Below, piece after piece: positions 9,947-19,282 of a DNA stretch of 35,033 bases. Origin of the DNA: a virus (lineage: Duplodnaviria > Caudoviricetes); IMG/VR virus record IMGVR_UViG_3300049049_000261, positions 1 to 35,033 of that record, one strand, 5' to 3'. A program made the translations under genes and the position numbers. The notes beneath the pieces were generated by a model, which did not search any database, was not told where the DNA came from, and saw only the letters and a program-made list of their open reading frames with translations. Numbering within the stretch: the first letter of the stretch is position 1; every line of letters begins with the position of its first letter.

Positions 9947-10422
9947 GGGATGCTCCTGTCGAGGTAGCGCACGGTCAGCAGAGACAACCGCGCGAGGTGG
10001 CACAGCACGTCGGCGAACTTGCCGGGGCTGATGTCGTCGACCTGGACGCACGATTCGCCGTCGCCCTGTGGGTCGGTGCATTGGTCGACCGTGCCGCCGA
10101 GGGTCTCGTTGGCGGCGAACGCATCGCGCACGCCCTCGACCAGGTCATCGAAGGCGAGCTCGCTGGCGGCGCTGTCGTCGAGCGCCATCACGCCGAACAG
10201 GCGCCAGCGGATCACTTCCACGGTGCGGGCCTGGATGTTCCCGACCTCGCTGGTGGCCACGCGCGAGACGTTCCAGCCGCGCAGCTGGCCGTCGGGCGCT
10301 CGATAGAGCTGGCCCAGCGCCTGCAGGCTGTGCGCGTAGCGCTGATAGGCATGCACGCGTCCGACGCCGGGCACGGTCTCCAGCGTGGCTACGATCGCGG
10401 CGCGAATCGCCGATGTGCTCAC
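9943..10422 (-). CDS. Tail terminator/completion-like protein, 159 aa
   Basis: 'IRAAIVATLETVPGVGRVHAYQRY...FDDLVEGVRDAF' pattern and position between neck and tail tube; GTGA coupling. Confidence 0.7.
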   Translation of the reverse strand: MSTSAIRAAIVATLETVPGVGRVHAYQRYAHSLQALGQLYRAPDGQLRGWNVSRVATSEVGNIQARTVEVIRWRLFGVMALDDSAASELAFDDLVEGVRDAFAANETLGGTVDQCTDPQGDGESCVQVDDISPGKFADVLCHLARLSLLTVRYLDRSIP

Positions 10423-10958
10423 GACGCAGCCCCGGCTTCAATGCGCGCCACGATGCGCTCGATCGCGGCCGCGAAGATCTCGCGCACCTTCGGCAGGTTG
10501 CGCTGGAAGGTGGTGCGCCAGATCGGCTTCGCCTCGGTGCCCTTGGTGGCGATCTTCTGGCGAATCGCAAACGCCGCGCCGCGCGCCTCTTCGTCGCTGT
10601 CGACGCCGCTCAACCGCGCGCGCGCCCAGTCCGCCAGGGCCTCGATGCCCGAGCGCCCGATCCAGTGTGGGCGCGTGCCGAACTCGACGTAGGCTGCGTG
10701 CGGCGAGCTGCTCTCGACCAGGCCGATCACGCGACCCGGTGTCACCTCGACGCGCGTGCTGATCGAGCCCGCCAGACCCGCTGCGCCACCCGCACCGATT
10801 GGCAGGCCGCCCTGCTCAGGCGGCAAGGTCAGCTCGCCCTGCAGCAGCAGGGTCGCGTGCAGCTGCGCGCGCTCGACCTCCTCGGTCGCAATGTCAGGCG
10901 CGCGGCGCATCAGCTCGCCGAGCTGCACCAGGTCGTGGGCATCCAAGCGCAGGTTCAC
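10419..10958 (-). CDS. Neck/virion morphogenesis protein (HK97 gp10-like), ~179 aa
   Basis: 'LAGSI...SSSPHAAYVEFGTRPHW...GTEAKP' is the HK97-gp10-family signature; GTG start overlaps the upstream TGA. Confidence 0.8.
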   Translation of the reverse strand: MNLRLDAHDLVQLGELMRRAPDIATEEVERAQLHATLLLQGELTLPPEQGGLPIGAGGAAGLAGSISTRVEVTPGRVIGLVESSSPHAAYVEFGTRPHWIGRSGIEALADWARARLSGVDSDEEARGAAFAIRQKIATKGTEAKPIWRTTFQRNLPKVREIFAAAIERIVARIEAGAAS

Positions 10959-11644
10959 TTGCGCCACCCGCGCGGCGGATGGAACAGCGGCCGGCCCCCG
11001 ATTGAGGCCTGCCCTGGAATCGCAACCTCGGCCATCGCTGGCCGCTGGCGCTCCGGTTGCGCGGTGCCGACCACGCGGGTGTACTCCGCGGCCAGGTCGC
11101 GCGCACGTGAGCGGTAGCGTTCGGTCTTGCCCTGGTGGTCGACGGTGTCGGCCTGCAGCGTCGGCGCGCTCTCGGTGGCGTAGTAGGCCGAGAGCTGCCC
11201 GCACAGGATCGAAGCTGCAAAGGCCGCCACGGCATGAACATGGCGCGCCGGGATGCTGGACTGCGTCGCATCGAGCACGTGCCCACCGATGTAGCTGACC
11301 CGCACAACGTCGCCCGCGAACAGCGAGAGCAGCATGACGATCTCGACGCCGGTCGGCGACTGGTACAGCGACACGGAATCGAGCCCGATGTAGCTCGGCG
11401 GCACCTGTCCAATCGGGTATTCGAGCGCCCGTAGCTCCGAAACGCCTTCCAGCCAGCCAACAGGCACGGGCAAGCGTTGGCCGCCGGCCACGCTGGTCAC
11501 GTCTTCGACGCACAGGCGCGGGCTGTCAGCCGAATACCGCGACAGCGCCGAAGTGATGGCCGTGGCGCGCTCGGAAGACGCGATGACCTGGTCGCGATCG
11601 CGGACCAGGTCATCGACGAGCTGTTGGAAGTCAGGCAGCAGCAC
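10955..11644 (-). CDS. Head-tail connector/adaptor-like protein, ~229 aa
   Basis: GTG start 4 nt after the capsid stop; first gene after the major capsid; product inferred from synteny. Confidence 0.6.
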   Translation of the reverse strand: MLLPDFQQLVDDLVRDRDQVIASSERATAITSALSRYSADSPRLCVEDVTSVAGGQRLPVPVGWLEGVSELRALEYPIGQVPPSYIGLDSVSLYQSPTGVEIVMLLSLFAGDVVRVSYIGGHVLDATQSSIPARHVHAVAAFAASILCGQLSAYYATESAPTLQADTVDHQGKTERYRSRARDLAAEYTRVVGTAQPERQRPAMAEVAIPGQASIGGRPLFHPPRGWRK

Positions 11645-11648
11645 GGGC

Positions 11649-13973
11649 TTAGGCGACGATCGCCCCGTAGAAGCCGCGGAAGTCGCGCACCGCACCGCTG
11701 TAGATGTGGCGGATCTTGTACTTGACCTGGTCGTTCGAGAACAGCGAGCCCTGCGTGGGGTTGTCCTGGATGAACAGCTGGGGGTCTTCGCCGCCGTAGA
11801 AGCCCAGCTCGATCAGCGGCACCTGCGCGTTGTCGGCCGTCGCGAACCAGTTGTTCGTGTCGGTCCAGTAGTCGACCACGTGCACGGTCGGCTTGCGGCT
11901 CTGTACGAAGGTCTCGTCGTTGTTGGACTGCCGCACGAACAGGTCGTAGGCGATCTCTTCCAAGTCGCTCGGCACCGCCACATGGCGCAGCGTGATGCCC
12001 AGGCGCTTCGCGCTGTCGAGCTCGGTCTGCTTCTTCATGGCGAGGCGCGCAGCGGCGAAGCTGGCTTCGTTCAGGGCCGCTGTGCCCAGGTTCGCATGGG
12101 TTGCATGGAAGAGCGCCAGGCCGTCGTAGATGACCGGGTTGGTCGCAAGGAAGTTGTAGACGAACTCGTACAGGGTGCGGCCGGCCGACGTCGCGAGCGC
12201 CATCGGAATGCGCCGCAGCGCGCCCACGTCGTCGTTTGCGATTGCCTCCAGGCTGACCGTCTCGGTGCCGCCGCGCTTGGTGGCCGCGTAGGTCGCCTTC
12301 TCGTCCGTGGGCGTCGAGAGCGCGGCATAGGCGCCGTTCTCGGCGACCGCCGGCAAGTTGCCGTAGCCGCCCATGCGGGCACGCTCCTGCGTGCGGAAGT
12401 CGGTCACCGGCACCACGTCGCACAGCCAGCGCCAGTCCTGGTAGGCCTCCAGAGCGCCGTACTCGCGAATCATCGCGCGGGTGATCGAGTCGCCCAGGAT
12501 GTCGCCGAAGGTCGCAGCACTCACGGCCTCGGCGAAGCGGGTGCCCGCGACGGCCTCGCGGAGCGAGCGCATGTCGCAGTTCTGGATCAGGCCCGTGACG
12601 TGGCGGTCGCCGGTGAGTTCGATGTACGCCTCACGGAAGCTGCGCGCGGGCTTCTTCGGGTCAAAGAAGTCGTCGAGCATGGCCTGCATCTTGTCGCTGC
12701 GGTCCTCGCCCATCTCGATGCGAGGCGAACCGCCCAGGCCGGTGATGCGCGCGCCCTCGGTGACCCTGACCAGGTACTCGCGCTCGTCCTTGATTGCGCG
12801 ATCGACGTCGCCGGGCTGGATGCTCGCGGCTTCAGCAAAGCGCGCCTGCAGGCGATCCTTCGTGGCCTGCGGCAAGGGCGAGGCGGTGATCGCAGCGCGC
12901 GCTTCAGCGCGGGCCTCGACCAGGCGCAGGCGAGCATCGAGCTGCTCGGCCGTGACTCCGGCCGGTGCACCGGCCGGAGACGGGGTCCGCTCGCTCGACG
13001 TGGGGTTGTGCGGTGCCGCCATGGCCTCGCGATACGCGGTCATGACGTCTTCATCGGAAGCGCCGGTCAGCGCGTCAGCCCGCGCAGCGTCACGCGCGCG
13101 GATATCGGTCAGCATCTGCTCGCGCAGCTTCATGTTGCTCTCCTGAGCGGATTCAACGAAACGGATGACCTGGCCGCCGGCACCAGGCTCGATGATCAGA
13201 TCCACGCTGCTGACGCGGGTCAGCTTGGTGGCCTCACGGAACTTGCCCTTGGCCTTGGCCGTGCCCTCGGCGTCGATCGACAGGCCGAACAGGTCGGTCA
13301 TGTCGCGGGCCACGGCTTCGCGCAGGGTCGCGGCGACGCTGCTGGTCTCCAGCACGTCGAGCACGGCCTGGATCTCGCCGCCATTCGCTTCGACGAAGCG
13401 CGGCTCGCTGAGCTTGCCGATGAGCTTGCGGAAGTCCTTGCCCTTCGCGTCGCCCTGCACGTGCTCGATGTCGCTCTTCACGAATACGCGCACGCCGTCG
13501 AACAGCGGGGCAGCTTCGCGCAGCACGGCGCGCGGGTAGTTCACGCCATTGAGGCTGGTGCCGGCGCGGATCACGCGCACCAGGTAGCGGGGCGGCTTGG
13601 AAGCATCGGCCGCGAGTGCCTCGACGAACATCGAGACACCCGCGGCTTCTGCCTGCCGCGCCCCCGCGGTTGCATTGCCCTCACGCATGGCGACGGGCTT
13701 GTGATCGAGCACCACCTCAGTGGGCGCGCCCAGAGTGATGGTGTTGTTGTCGTCGAGCGCCCACGGGTAGGCGTACAGGCGCCCCTCGCGCTGGACGATG
13801 CAGCGGTCCGGGTAGACCGCGACGATGTTGACCCACTCGCCGTCGCGGACAGCCGCCGCCACGCGGACCGCACCGCGGATCAGCTCAATGACCTGGTGCA
13901 GTTCGGTGGTGGCGGCTTCGCGCAGCGCCTGGTCGCCCACGACACCCCCCTGCGGGACGGTGGGCCGCTTCAT
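11649..13973 (-). CDS. Prohead protease-scaffold-major capsid fusion protein, 774 aa
   Basis: N-terminal protease-like motifs (RVIRAGTSLNGVNYP, H, FGLSI, VDLIIEPGAGG); helical linker; C-terminal HK97-fold capsid of the Mu gpT-like type (DFRTQ..., SLEAIANDDVGAL, LFHATHANL, DFRGFY). Confidence 0.9.
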   Translation of the reverse strand: MKRPTVPQGGVVGDQALREAATTELHQVIELIRGAVRVAAAVRDGEWVNIVAVYPDRCIVQREGRLYAYPWALDDNNTITLGAPTEVVLDHKPVAMREGNATAGARQAEAAGVSMFVEALAADASKPPRYLVRVIRAGTSLNGVNYPRAVLREAAPLFDGVRVFVKSDIEHVQGDAKGKDFRKLIGKLSEPRFVEANGGEIQAVLDVLETSSVAATLREAVARDMTDLFGLSIDAEGTAKAKGKFREATKLTRVSSVDLIIEPGAGGQVIRFVESAQESNMKLREQMLTDIRARDAARADALTGASDEDVMTAYREAMAAPHNPTSSERTPSPAGAPAGVTAEQLDARLRLVEARAEARAAITASPLPQATKDRLQARFAEAASIQPGDVDRAIKDEREYLVRVTEGARITGLGGSPRIEMGEDRSDKMQAMLDDFFDPKKPARSFREAYIELTGDRHVTGLIQNCDMRSLREAVAGTRFAEAVSAATFGDILGDSITRAMIREYGALEAYQDWRWLCDVVPVTDFRTQERARMGGYGNLPAVAENGAYAALSTPTDEKATYAATKRGGTETVSLEAIANDDVGALRRIPMALATSAGRTLYEFVYNFLATNPVIYDGLALFHATHANLGTAALNEASFAAARLAMKKQTELDSAKRLGITLRHVAVPSDLEEIAYDLFVRQSNNDETFVQSRKPTVHVVDYWTDTNNWFATADNAQVPLIELGFYGGEDPQLFIQDNPTQGSLFSNDQVKYKIRHIYSGAVRDFRGFYGAIVA

Positions 13974-14182
13974 TCCTTGAGTTCCTTCCAGGTGCGGACT
14001 TCGTCGGCAACCACGCGCACGCCATTCGCTTCGGCGAGCACCACAACCTCACCGACCGGCGCGTAACCCTCCGGCTTGGCAGGGGTCAGGGATTCCACAT
14101 CGACAGCGGCCGACGCGCGCTTGGCCGCCTTGGGCGGCGCCTTCGCGGGCGGCGGGGTGTTGGGCTTCTGGGGGGTGGACAC
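13970..14182 (-). CDS. Small hypothetical protein, 70 aa, first gene of the capsid operon
   Basis: AGGAG RBS plus GTG; stop overlaps the capsid-fusion ATG (ATGA). Confidence 0.7.
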   Translation of the reverse strand: MSTPQKPNTPPPAKAPPKAAKRASAAVDVESLTPAKPEGYAPVGEVVVLAEANGVRVVADEVRTWKELKE

Positions 14183-14220
14183 GATTCGCTCCTGCTCGGC
14201 ATTGGTTGCGAGGCAGAGCG

Positions 14221-14267
14221 AATCTAGAGGGGTGCCGCATCAGGGTCTTTTAGCGCGCGCTACAGCG
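14221..14267 (-). promoter_or_regulatory. Putative activator-dependent late promoter (capsid operon): palindromic box plus -10 TAGATT
   Basis: - strand CGCTGTAGCGCGCGCTAAAAGACCC, with TAGATT 20 nt after AAAAG; near-identical copy at 21768-21792. Confidence 0.7.
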
Positions 14268-14432
14268 TGCGGGCTCGGCCTGAAGGGTGCTGCGGAGTAT
14301 ACGCAGAGGGTCGTAGTGCTCGCTTGCCGGATCGCGCCAAGGCTCCCGCGCCAACAGCTCGGCGCGTGCCTGGAGCGCGCGGCACTCGCGCTCCGCGCTG
14401 CGTGTTGGCAGCGGATGCACTTCAGTGACCAT
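14250..14432 (-). CDS. Hypothetical protein, 60 aa (MVTEVHPLPTRSAERECRALQARAELL...)
   Basis: ATG overlaps the end of the upstream gene; fills the gap up to the late promoter box. Confidence 0.4.
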   Translation of the reverse strand: MVTEVHPLPTRSAERECRALQARAELLAREPWRDPASEHYDPLRILRSTLQAEPARCSAR

Positions 14433-14751
14433 CGCCGGCCGTCGCCAAGTCTTCCAGGATCGCAGCCACCAGCTGGTCGACCGTCTCAATGGTGCGTGCA
14501 GGCGGCCCAGGCCAGGCGCCGACATGTGCACCGAGCTGGCATTCCTCCCACCACCAGCTCAGCCACCCGCCGATCGCATACGCACGGTCGAGAGCACCGA
14601 CGTAGCCACCGATCAGCGCCCAGACCGCGCCGCGCAGAGGCGAGTCGGGATCGAGCCCCACCGCTTCGTCGAGCTGCTCGATGCGCGCCTCCAGATCGAC
14701 ACAGCGTTCGTGCCAGGCGCGCACCGCGGCGTCGACGTCCTCGGGCTTCAT
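14422..14751 (-). CDS. Hypothetical protein, 109 aa
   Basis: ATGA coupling with the gpF-like gene; protein-like composition ('GGWLSWWWEECQLG'). Confidence 0.7.
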   Translation of the reverse strand: MKPEDVDAAVRAWHERCVDLEARIEQLDEAVGLDPDSPLRGAVWALIGGYVGALDRAYAIGGWLSWWWEECQLGAHVGAWPGPPARTIETVDQLVAAILEDLATAGDGH

Positions 14752-15590
14752 TCGGTGTCAGGGTCGCGCGTCACGTTCAGCGGCAACGCGTTGGGCGACG
14801 ACAGGTCGAGGGTCTCTGTCTTCGGCAGCTCCTCGCCCCAGCGGCTGCCCTCAACCACCGGGATATGCCGGCACCCGCAGTTGATGGTGTTGCCGGGGCT
14901 GCCCTTGGGGTCGCGCGGGTACATCAGCTCCTCGCCGTCGACTACGAAGGGCTCGTCCACCGCCACCAGCTGCCCATCGGCCGCCACGTGCTCATCGCGC
15001 GGGTACTTCTTGCCCGACGCCACCCACCGCTTCTTCAAGCCCGGCAGCTTCTTCGCGGCGTCTTCCAGGCTGAGCTGCGTGGCCGCACTGTTGATGCGGC
15101 CGAGCTCGGTGTAGACGATCGTGCGTGCCCGGCTGCGCGTCGGGCCGTCCAGGATCTTCTGCACCGCAGTCACTGCGTCCGAGAGCGGCTGCGCGCCGAT
15201 CAGCACCTGCGACAGCTGGCCATTGATCCGGTTCATCGCCGACCGGCTGATATCCGTGACCAGGTCGGTCAGCGCCACGCGCATCGAGGTCAGCGCCACC
15301 GGGTTGATCGTCGGGGTGATGCTGAAGCCCTGCGCGGCCAGCGGGCCGGTGACCTCTGCGATGCCCACGCGGATGGCCTGTGCCGCCCCGCTGCTCGCCG
15401 CACTCGATGCGGCCGCGCGAAACGCCTCGATGTTGCGACCGATATCGGCGAGCAGGGCTTCCAGACGCTGGCGGTTCTGCAAGTCGGTCACTGCAGCTAG
15501 GCGCTGTGCGATGCGGCGCTTCGCGAACTCCAGCTGCCGGAGCACCTCGCCGACCGTGTCAGCACGAATGCGGTTGATCTCACTCGCCAT
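14748..15590 (-). CDS. Head morphogenesis protein (Mu gpF / SPP1 gp7 family), ~280 aa
   Basis: 'RARTIVYTE', 'KKRWVASG...RDEHVAADGQ', 'LMYPRDP...NTINCGC' family motifs; follows the portal. Confidence 0.9.
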   Translation of the reverse strand: MASEINRIRADTVGEVLRQLEFAKRRIAQRLAAVTDLQNRQRLEALLADIGRNIEAFRAAASSAASSGAAQAIRVGIAEVTGPLAAQGFSITPTINPVALTSMRVALTDLVTDISRSAMNRINGQLSQVLIGAQPLSDAVTAVQKILDGPTRSRARTIVYTELGRINSAATQLSLEDAAKKLPGLKKRWVASGKKYPRDEHVAADGQLVAVDEPFVVDGEELMYPRDPKGSPGNTINCGCRHIPVVEGSRWGEELPKTETLDLSSPNALPLNVTRDPDTE

Positions 15591-16983
15591 CGGCTGCGGT
15601 GTTGCCGTCGACCTGGAACATCTCCGCGAGCGCCGCCGACAGCTCGGCCTCGACGTCGATAGACACCCCGAAGTTCTCGGCGAGCGCTGCGATGATGCGC
15701 AAAGCCGTTTCACGGGTGAGCAGCGACTCGGCGATCAGCTGCACCATCGCCGCCACCGTCTGCTGCAGCGCTGCCGCGTACTTGGTGGTGTCCTTCGCGG
15801 TCATCTCGGGCCACTCGACCACCAGGCTGCCCAGCAGATCCGCCTCGGCGGCACTGAGCTCGCGATCCAACGCGCCCCAGTGCGAACGCACCACGTACTG
15901 CCCGACCTGTTCGAGCATGTAGCCCAGCAGGGTGCGGCGCATCTCCAGCATCTTCTCGGTCGGCTCGGTCATCGAGCTGCCGGTGCTCTTGTTCACGTCC
16001 TCGGCGCCGCCGTACCAATGCTCGGGCACGGTGGCACCGCCCAGGATGTGGTTGCGGATCAAGCGCGCGGCGTTTGCCGCGTCGTAGGCGTTCAGCGCAG
16101 GCGCTTCGGCCTTCCAAGTCTCGCCCTCGTTGTGGACCCGCACGCTATTGGGCCGGGGCGCGGTGATCTTTTTCGCCCGTGCCTCTACCTCGCCAGGCGT
16201 CGCGCCAGTCAGCGTGACATCCCACACGAAAGCGCGGACCGCGGCGGCCCGATCGATCTCGCCGTACAAGAACTGGTCATAGGCATCGAGCCAGTCCATC
16301 TGAGCCAACAGGTCAGAGACACCGCGTGTGGCGCTGCTCAGCTCGTTGATGCGGAAGTAGAAGCAGTCGCCGTCGGTAAAGCTCGCGCGGATTTGCTGCG
16401 TGCGCTCATCGAAGGCCGACTCCGGCACATTCACGATGATCCGATAGCGCCGGGCGCGGCCCTTGCGGTCCTTCTTGGTGACGATGCCGATCGGCTGTTC
16501 CTGATTCTCCGGGTCGGTCACCACCGTGGCGATCTTCGCCGGGTCCAGGTAGCCCAGCCGCACCGCGCCGGTCGCGGCGCTGCGGAACACCGGCCAGCAC
16601 TGCTCGCCGAACATCGACAGCTCGCGCACGCGCTTGGGCAGCTTGATGTCCCAGGCGTTGAGGCCGTCCTTCCAGTGCCGGTCGAGCGCGCCCTGAGCGT
16701 CCTCGTCAGCGACCTTCCACGAGACACCCTTCGCCAGCAGATATGCCAGCGGAAGCTCGATCAGCCGGTTCGCGACCAGGTTGGTCTGCCACAGGTAGTG
16801 GGCGAGCCGCTGCATACGCTCGTGGGTCATGGGCGCGAGGTCGCGCTTGCCGTCCCCGGTAAGCCTCCGCCAGCTGTCCTCATCGTCGTCGATGGCAGCG
16901 CCTGCCGCCTCGCGCAGTGGCTGCACGGCCTCGGTCGGCTCCGACCAGGGCAACCACGATTTCAGGGTGTCGAGCAGGCCCAT
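15580..16983 (-). CDS. Portal protein, ~467 aa
   Basis: Between terminase and gpF; AGGAG RBS; 'RELSMFGE', 'RGVSDL', 'VPEHWYG', 'VEWPEM' portal-like motifs; appropriate size. Confidence 0.85.
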   Translation of the reverse strand: MGLLDTLKSWLPWSEPTEAVQPLREAAGAAIDDDEDSWRRLTGDGKRDLAPMTHERMQRLAHYLWQTNLVANRLIELPLAYLLAKGVSWKVADEDAQGALDRHWKDGLNAWDIKLPKRVRELSMFGEQCWPVFRSAATGAVRLGYLDPAKIATVVTDPENQEQPIGIVTKKDRKGRARRYRIIVNVPESAFDERTQQIRASFTDGDCFYFRINELSSATRGVSDLLAQMDWLDAYDQFLYGEIDRAAAVRAFVWDVTLTGATPGEVEARAKKITAPRPNSVRVHNEGETWKAEAPALNAYDAANAARLIRNHILGGATVPEHWYGGAEDVNKSTGSSMTEPTEKMLEMRRTLLGYMLEQVGQYVVRSHWGALDRELSAAEADLLGSLVVEWPEMTAKDTTKYAAALQQTVAAMVQLIAESLLTRETALRIIAALAENFGVSIDVEAELSAALAEMFQVDGNTAADGE

Positions 16984-17061
16984 CGGTGTTTCTCCTGCCC
17001 GGAGCCGGTCCAAACCGGCCGCGGGACTTTTTTTGGGTTTTGCTGGCCGCTGGGAACGCCC

Positions 17062-18717
17062 TTACGCGCCCCGTCGCAGCGGTGAGGGGGGCGAATCACC
17101 GCCCAGGGCCGTTTCGCGCCGGCCGAACATTTGCGGCCGAAAGCGCCCGCGCATGCCCTCAGGCAGCTGGTCTTCGGCGCGTGCCTCGACGGTCTCTCCG
17201 GCAGCCGGCTGCGTCTCCTGCCGCGCGGCTGCCCACACCAGTACGCCGGCCACGGCCGCATCGCCGTGGCGATCGCCGCCGTCGCTGCCGCGCGTCCGGG
17301 CGTCGCTCACGCGTGGGGTGCCGGCGACCAGCACCACGTTGCGATGGTCGGCGATCCAGTCCTCATCGCCGAAGGTGACGATCTCGCCGTCCTGGTAGGC
17401 CTGGTGGTAGCGCGGGAACCAGGTGTCGTACCACTTGCCTGTGAGCATCACGCACTCGACGCGCGCGGCTCCGAGCTTCTGCATAGCTGCCTCGGCGTGG
17501 CTCTGCCCATTGCCGCGAGCGTCGAACTTGGCGTGGTGGAACAGTGGCAGGTGATCGAACAGCCAGAAGGTGATGTGGCGCTGGCAGTCGAAGGGGATGT
17601 TGCGCAGCTCCACGCGCAGCGGCGTGCGCCAGGCGCGGCCCACTGCCTCGGGCTGGCCGACGACGATGACCGACAGGTCGCCACTGCGGCCGAAGTCCTG
17701 GCCGAGCACGGTGCGGCGATCGCGCGGCAGGGCCTCGACCACCGGCCGCAGATGCTCCTCTATCCATTGCTGCGTGACCGCAATGCGCTCGGGGTCGAGC
17801 ACGAACTCGGCCGGCTTCGAGAAGCGGAGCACCGGCAGCTCGGGCTCGGCGCACTTCTCCAGCAGCAGGCGGCTGAAGTACACGCCGCTGCCGCGCTTGG
17901 GGATGCACTCCAGCTCTTCGTTTGCCGACTCGACGTTGGGGTACTGCCCGCGCACGTCCTCGACGAAGGCGGCCTCGGCCTGTTCGGACCAGGGCTTCTT
18001 GGTGACCAGGCAGATGCGGCGGTAGAGGCCTTGCGCTACGGCCTCGCTGAAGCGCACCCGGTGGTGCGACCACCCGAGCTTGCCTTCGATACAGCGCTTC
18101 ACGTACTCGTTGAAGGGGTTGTCTTCGCCGTTGTGCGTGCCGCCGATGCTGATCCGGCCGCCCCAGATGCGGTAGGCCAAGGCGCCGTCGATCACGGCGG
18201 ACAGCCGCATGTGGTGGCCCGCCTCGTCAATGCGCGCGTGGCCCTGGCGGCCGCGCCAGTTGTGCGGCATGGCGCTCAGCGCCTCGATCTTGCGGCCGCT
18301 CGCGAACTTGATCTTGTAGGTGACGATGTCGTGCTTCTCGTCGTCGATCACCACGGACTCATAGCCCACATCGACCTCAGAGCAGATCTGGTTGTACCAG
18401 CGCGCGAAGGTCGCGCAGTCGCCGATGAACTCGGCGGCCATGCCCTGGTTGTAGCCCATGTAGAACTGGTCCATGCCGCCGTTGGCGCGCGCCGCCTCCA
18501 GCGCCGCCTCGGCGGCCCAGGCGCCCCAGGTGAAGCCCACCCGGCGGCCCTTGTCGCAGATGCGCACCACCGCGTCGTCCAGGTGCCAGCGCACCTGGTA
18601 GGGCAGCAGGATGTGCGGCACGCGGTCGGCAGTGAGCGCGCCCAGGCGCGCGCCCGAGCGATCGCGCTGGCGGTCCTCCACAAGCTGCAACGCTTCGTCG
18701 CGTTCGGCCGGGGTCAT
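17062..18717 (-). CDS. terL: Terminase large subunit (Mu gp28-like), ~551 aa
   Basis: LLPYQ adenine-binding motif, KGRRVGFTW Walker A variant, RIDEAG Walker B, GQDFGRSGD and HGDAAVA nuclease motifs; ATGA coupling. Confidence 0.93.
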   Translation of the reverse strand: MTPAERDEALQLVEDRQRDRSGARLGALTADRVPHILLPYQVRWHLDDAVVRICDKGRRVGFTWGAWAAEAALEAARANGGMDQFYMGYNQGMAAEFIGDCATFARWYNQICSEVDVGYESVVIDDEKHDIVTYKIKFASGRKIEALSAMPHNWRGRQGHARIDEAGHHMRLSAVIDGALAYRIWGGRISIGGTHNGEDNPFNEYVKRCIEGKLGWSHHRVRFSEAVAQGLYRRICLVTKKPWSEQAEAAFVEDVRGQYPNVESANEELECIPKRGSGVYFSRLLLEKCAEPELPVLRFSKPAEFVLDPERIAVTQQWIEEHLRPVVEALPRDRRTVLGQDFGRSGDLSVIVVGQPEAVGRAWRTPLRVELRNIPFDCQRHITFWLFDHLPLFHHAKFDARGNGQSHAEAAMQKLGAARVECVMLTGKWYDTWFPRYHQAYQDGEIVTFGDEDWIADHRNVVLVAGTPRVSDARTRGSDGGDRHGDAAVAGVLVWAAARQETQPAAGETVEARAEDQLPEGMRGRFRPQMFGRRETALGGDSPPSPLRRGA

Positions 18718-19277
18718 TTCTTGACGCCCAGGAACTTCTCGCGGATCGCTTCCCACTGCTCGTCGGTCAGGCCCTTCTCGCGGGCAACGCTCTCGGCGGC
18801 CTTGGCCTGGCGCTTCAGCGCCACCTGTTCCGCGGAGAGCCTGCGCTTCAGGCTGGACGCGTCGGAGACCTCGATATGGTTCAGCGCCTTGGCCGCGAGC
18901 ATCAGCTCCATGGCCGACACCGGCGTCGCGTCTTTGTCGCCAGCCTCGACCGCGTCCATCTTGTTGCGTGCGTCGGCCACCACGCGGATGGCGAGCGTCT
19001 TCAACATCTCGCTGAGCAACACGCCCACATCGCCCTCGGGGTTCTCGCCGAGCTGCTTCACCCACAGGCCCGCAATCTCCTGCGCCTTGCGGTGCTCGCT
19101 GAGCTCCTCGCGCGCGTTCTTGAGCCAACGGCCCATGGCTGACTTGCTGACCTGGCCGCCGGCCGCGCTGACGTTCTCCACGGCCGTCTCAATGGTGGCA
19201 GCAGGGTCGCGCGCGGCGCGCTCAGCCGCCTTGCGGGCGGCGGGCGGCTGCTTGTCGATCGAGCTCTTGCGGCCCAC
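18714..19277 (-). CDS. terS: Terminase small subunit (Mu gp27 / DUF3486-like), ~187 aa
   Basis: 'MGRKSSIDK.P', 'VSKSAMGR', C-terminal 'GLTDEQWEAIREKFLG'; directly upstream of terL. Confidence 0.85.
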   Translation of the reverse strand: MGRKSSIDKQPPAARKAAERAARDPAATIETAVENVSAAGGQVSKSAMGRWLKNAREELSEHRKAQEIAGLWVKQLGENPEGDVGVLLSEMLKTLAIRVVADARNKMDAVEAGDKDATPVSAMELMLAAKALNHIEVSDASSLKRRLSAEQVALKRQAKAAESVAREKGLTDEQWEAIREKFLGVKK

Positions 19278-19282
19278 GGGCG

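Noticed and set aside
11553-14066. 837-aa + strand ORF opposite the capsid gene
   Set aside because: Antisense shadow ORF caused by GC-rich codon bias; no recognisable motifs, while the - strand ORF has clear protease/capsid motifs.
17004-17040. GCGGGACTTTT (17021-17031) matching part of the late-promoter box, beside a 6-bp hairpin and T-run upstream of the portal
   Set aside because: Lacks the TAGC...GCTA palindrome and has no -10-like hexamer at the 20-nt spacing; the T-run is on the non-coding strand and 8 nt from the stem. Not supportable as a promoter or terminator, though a degenerate site cannot be excluded.
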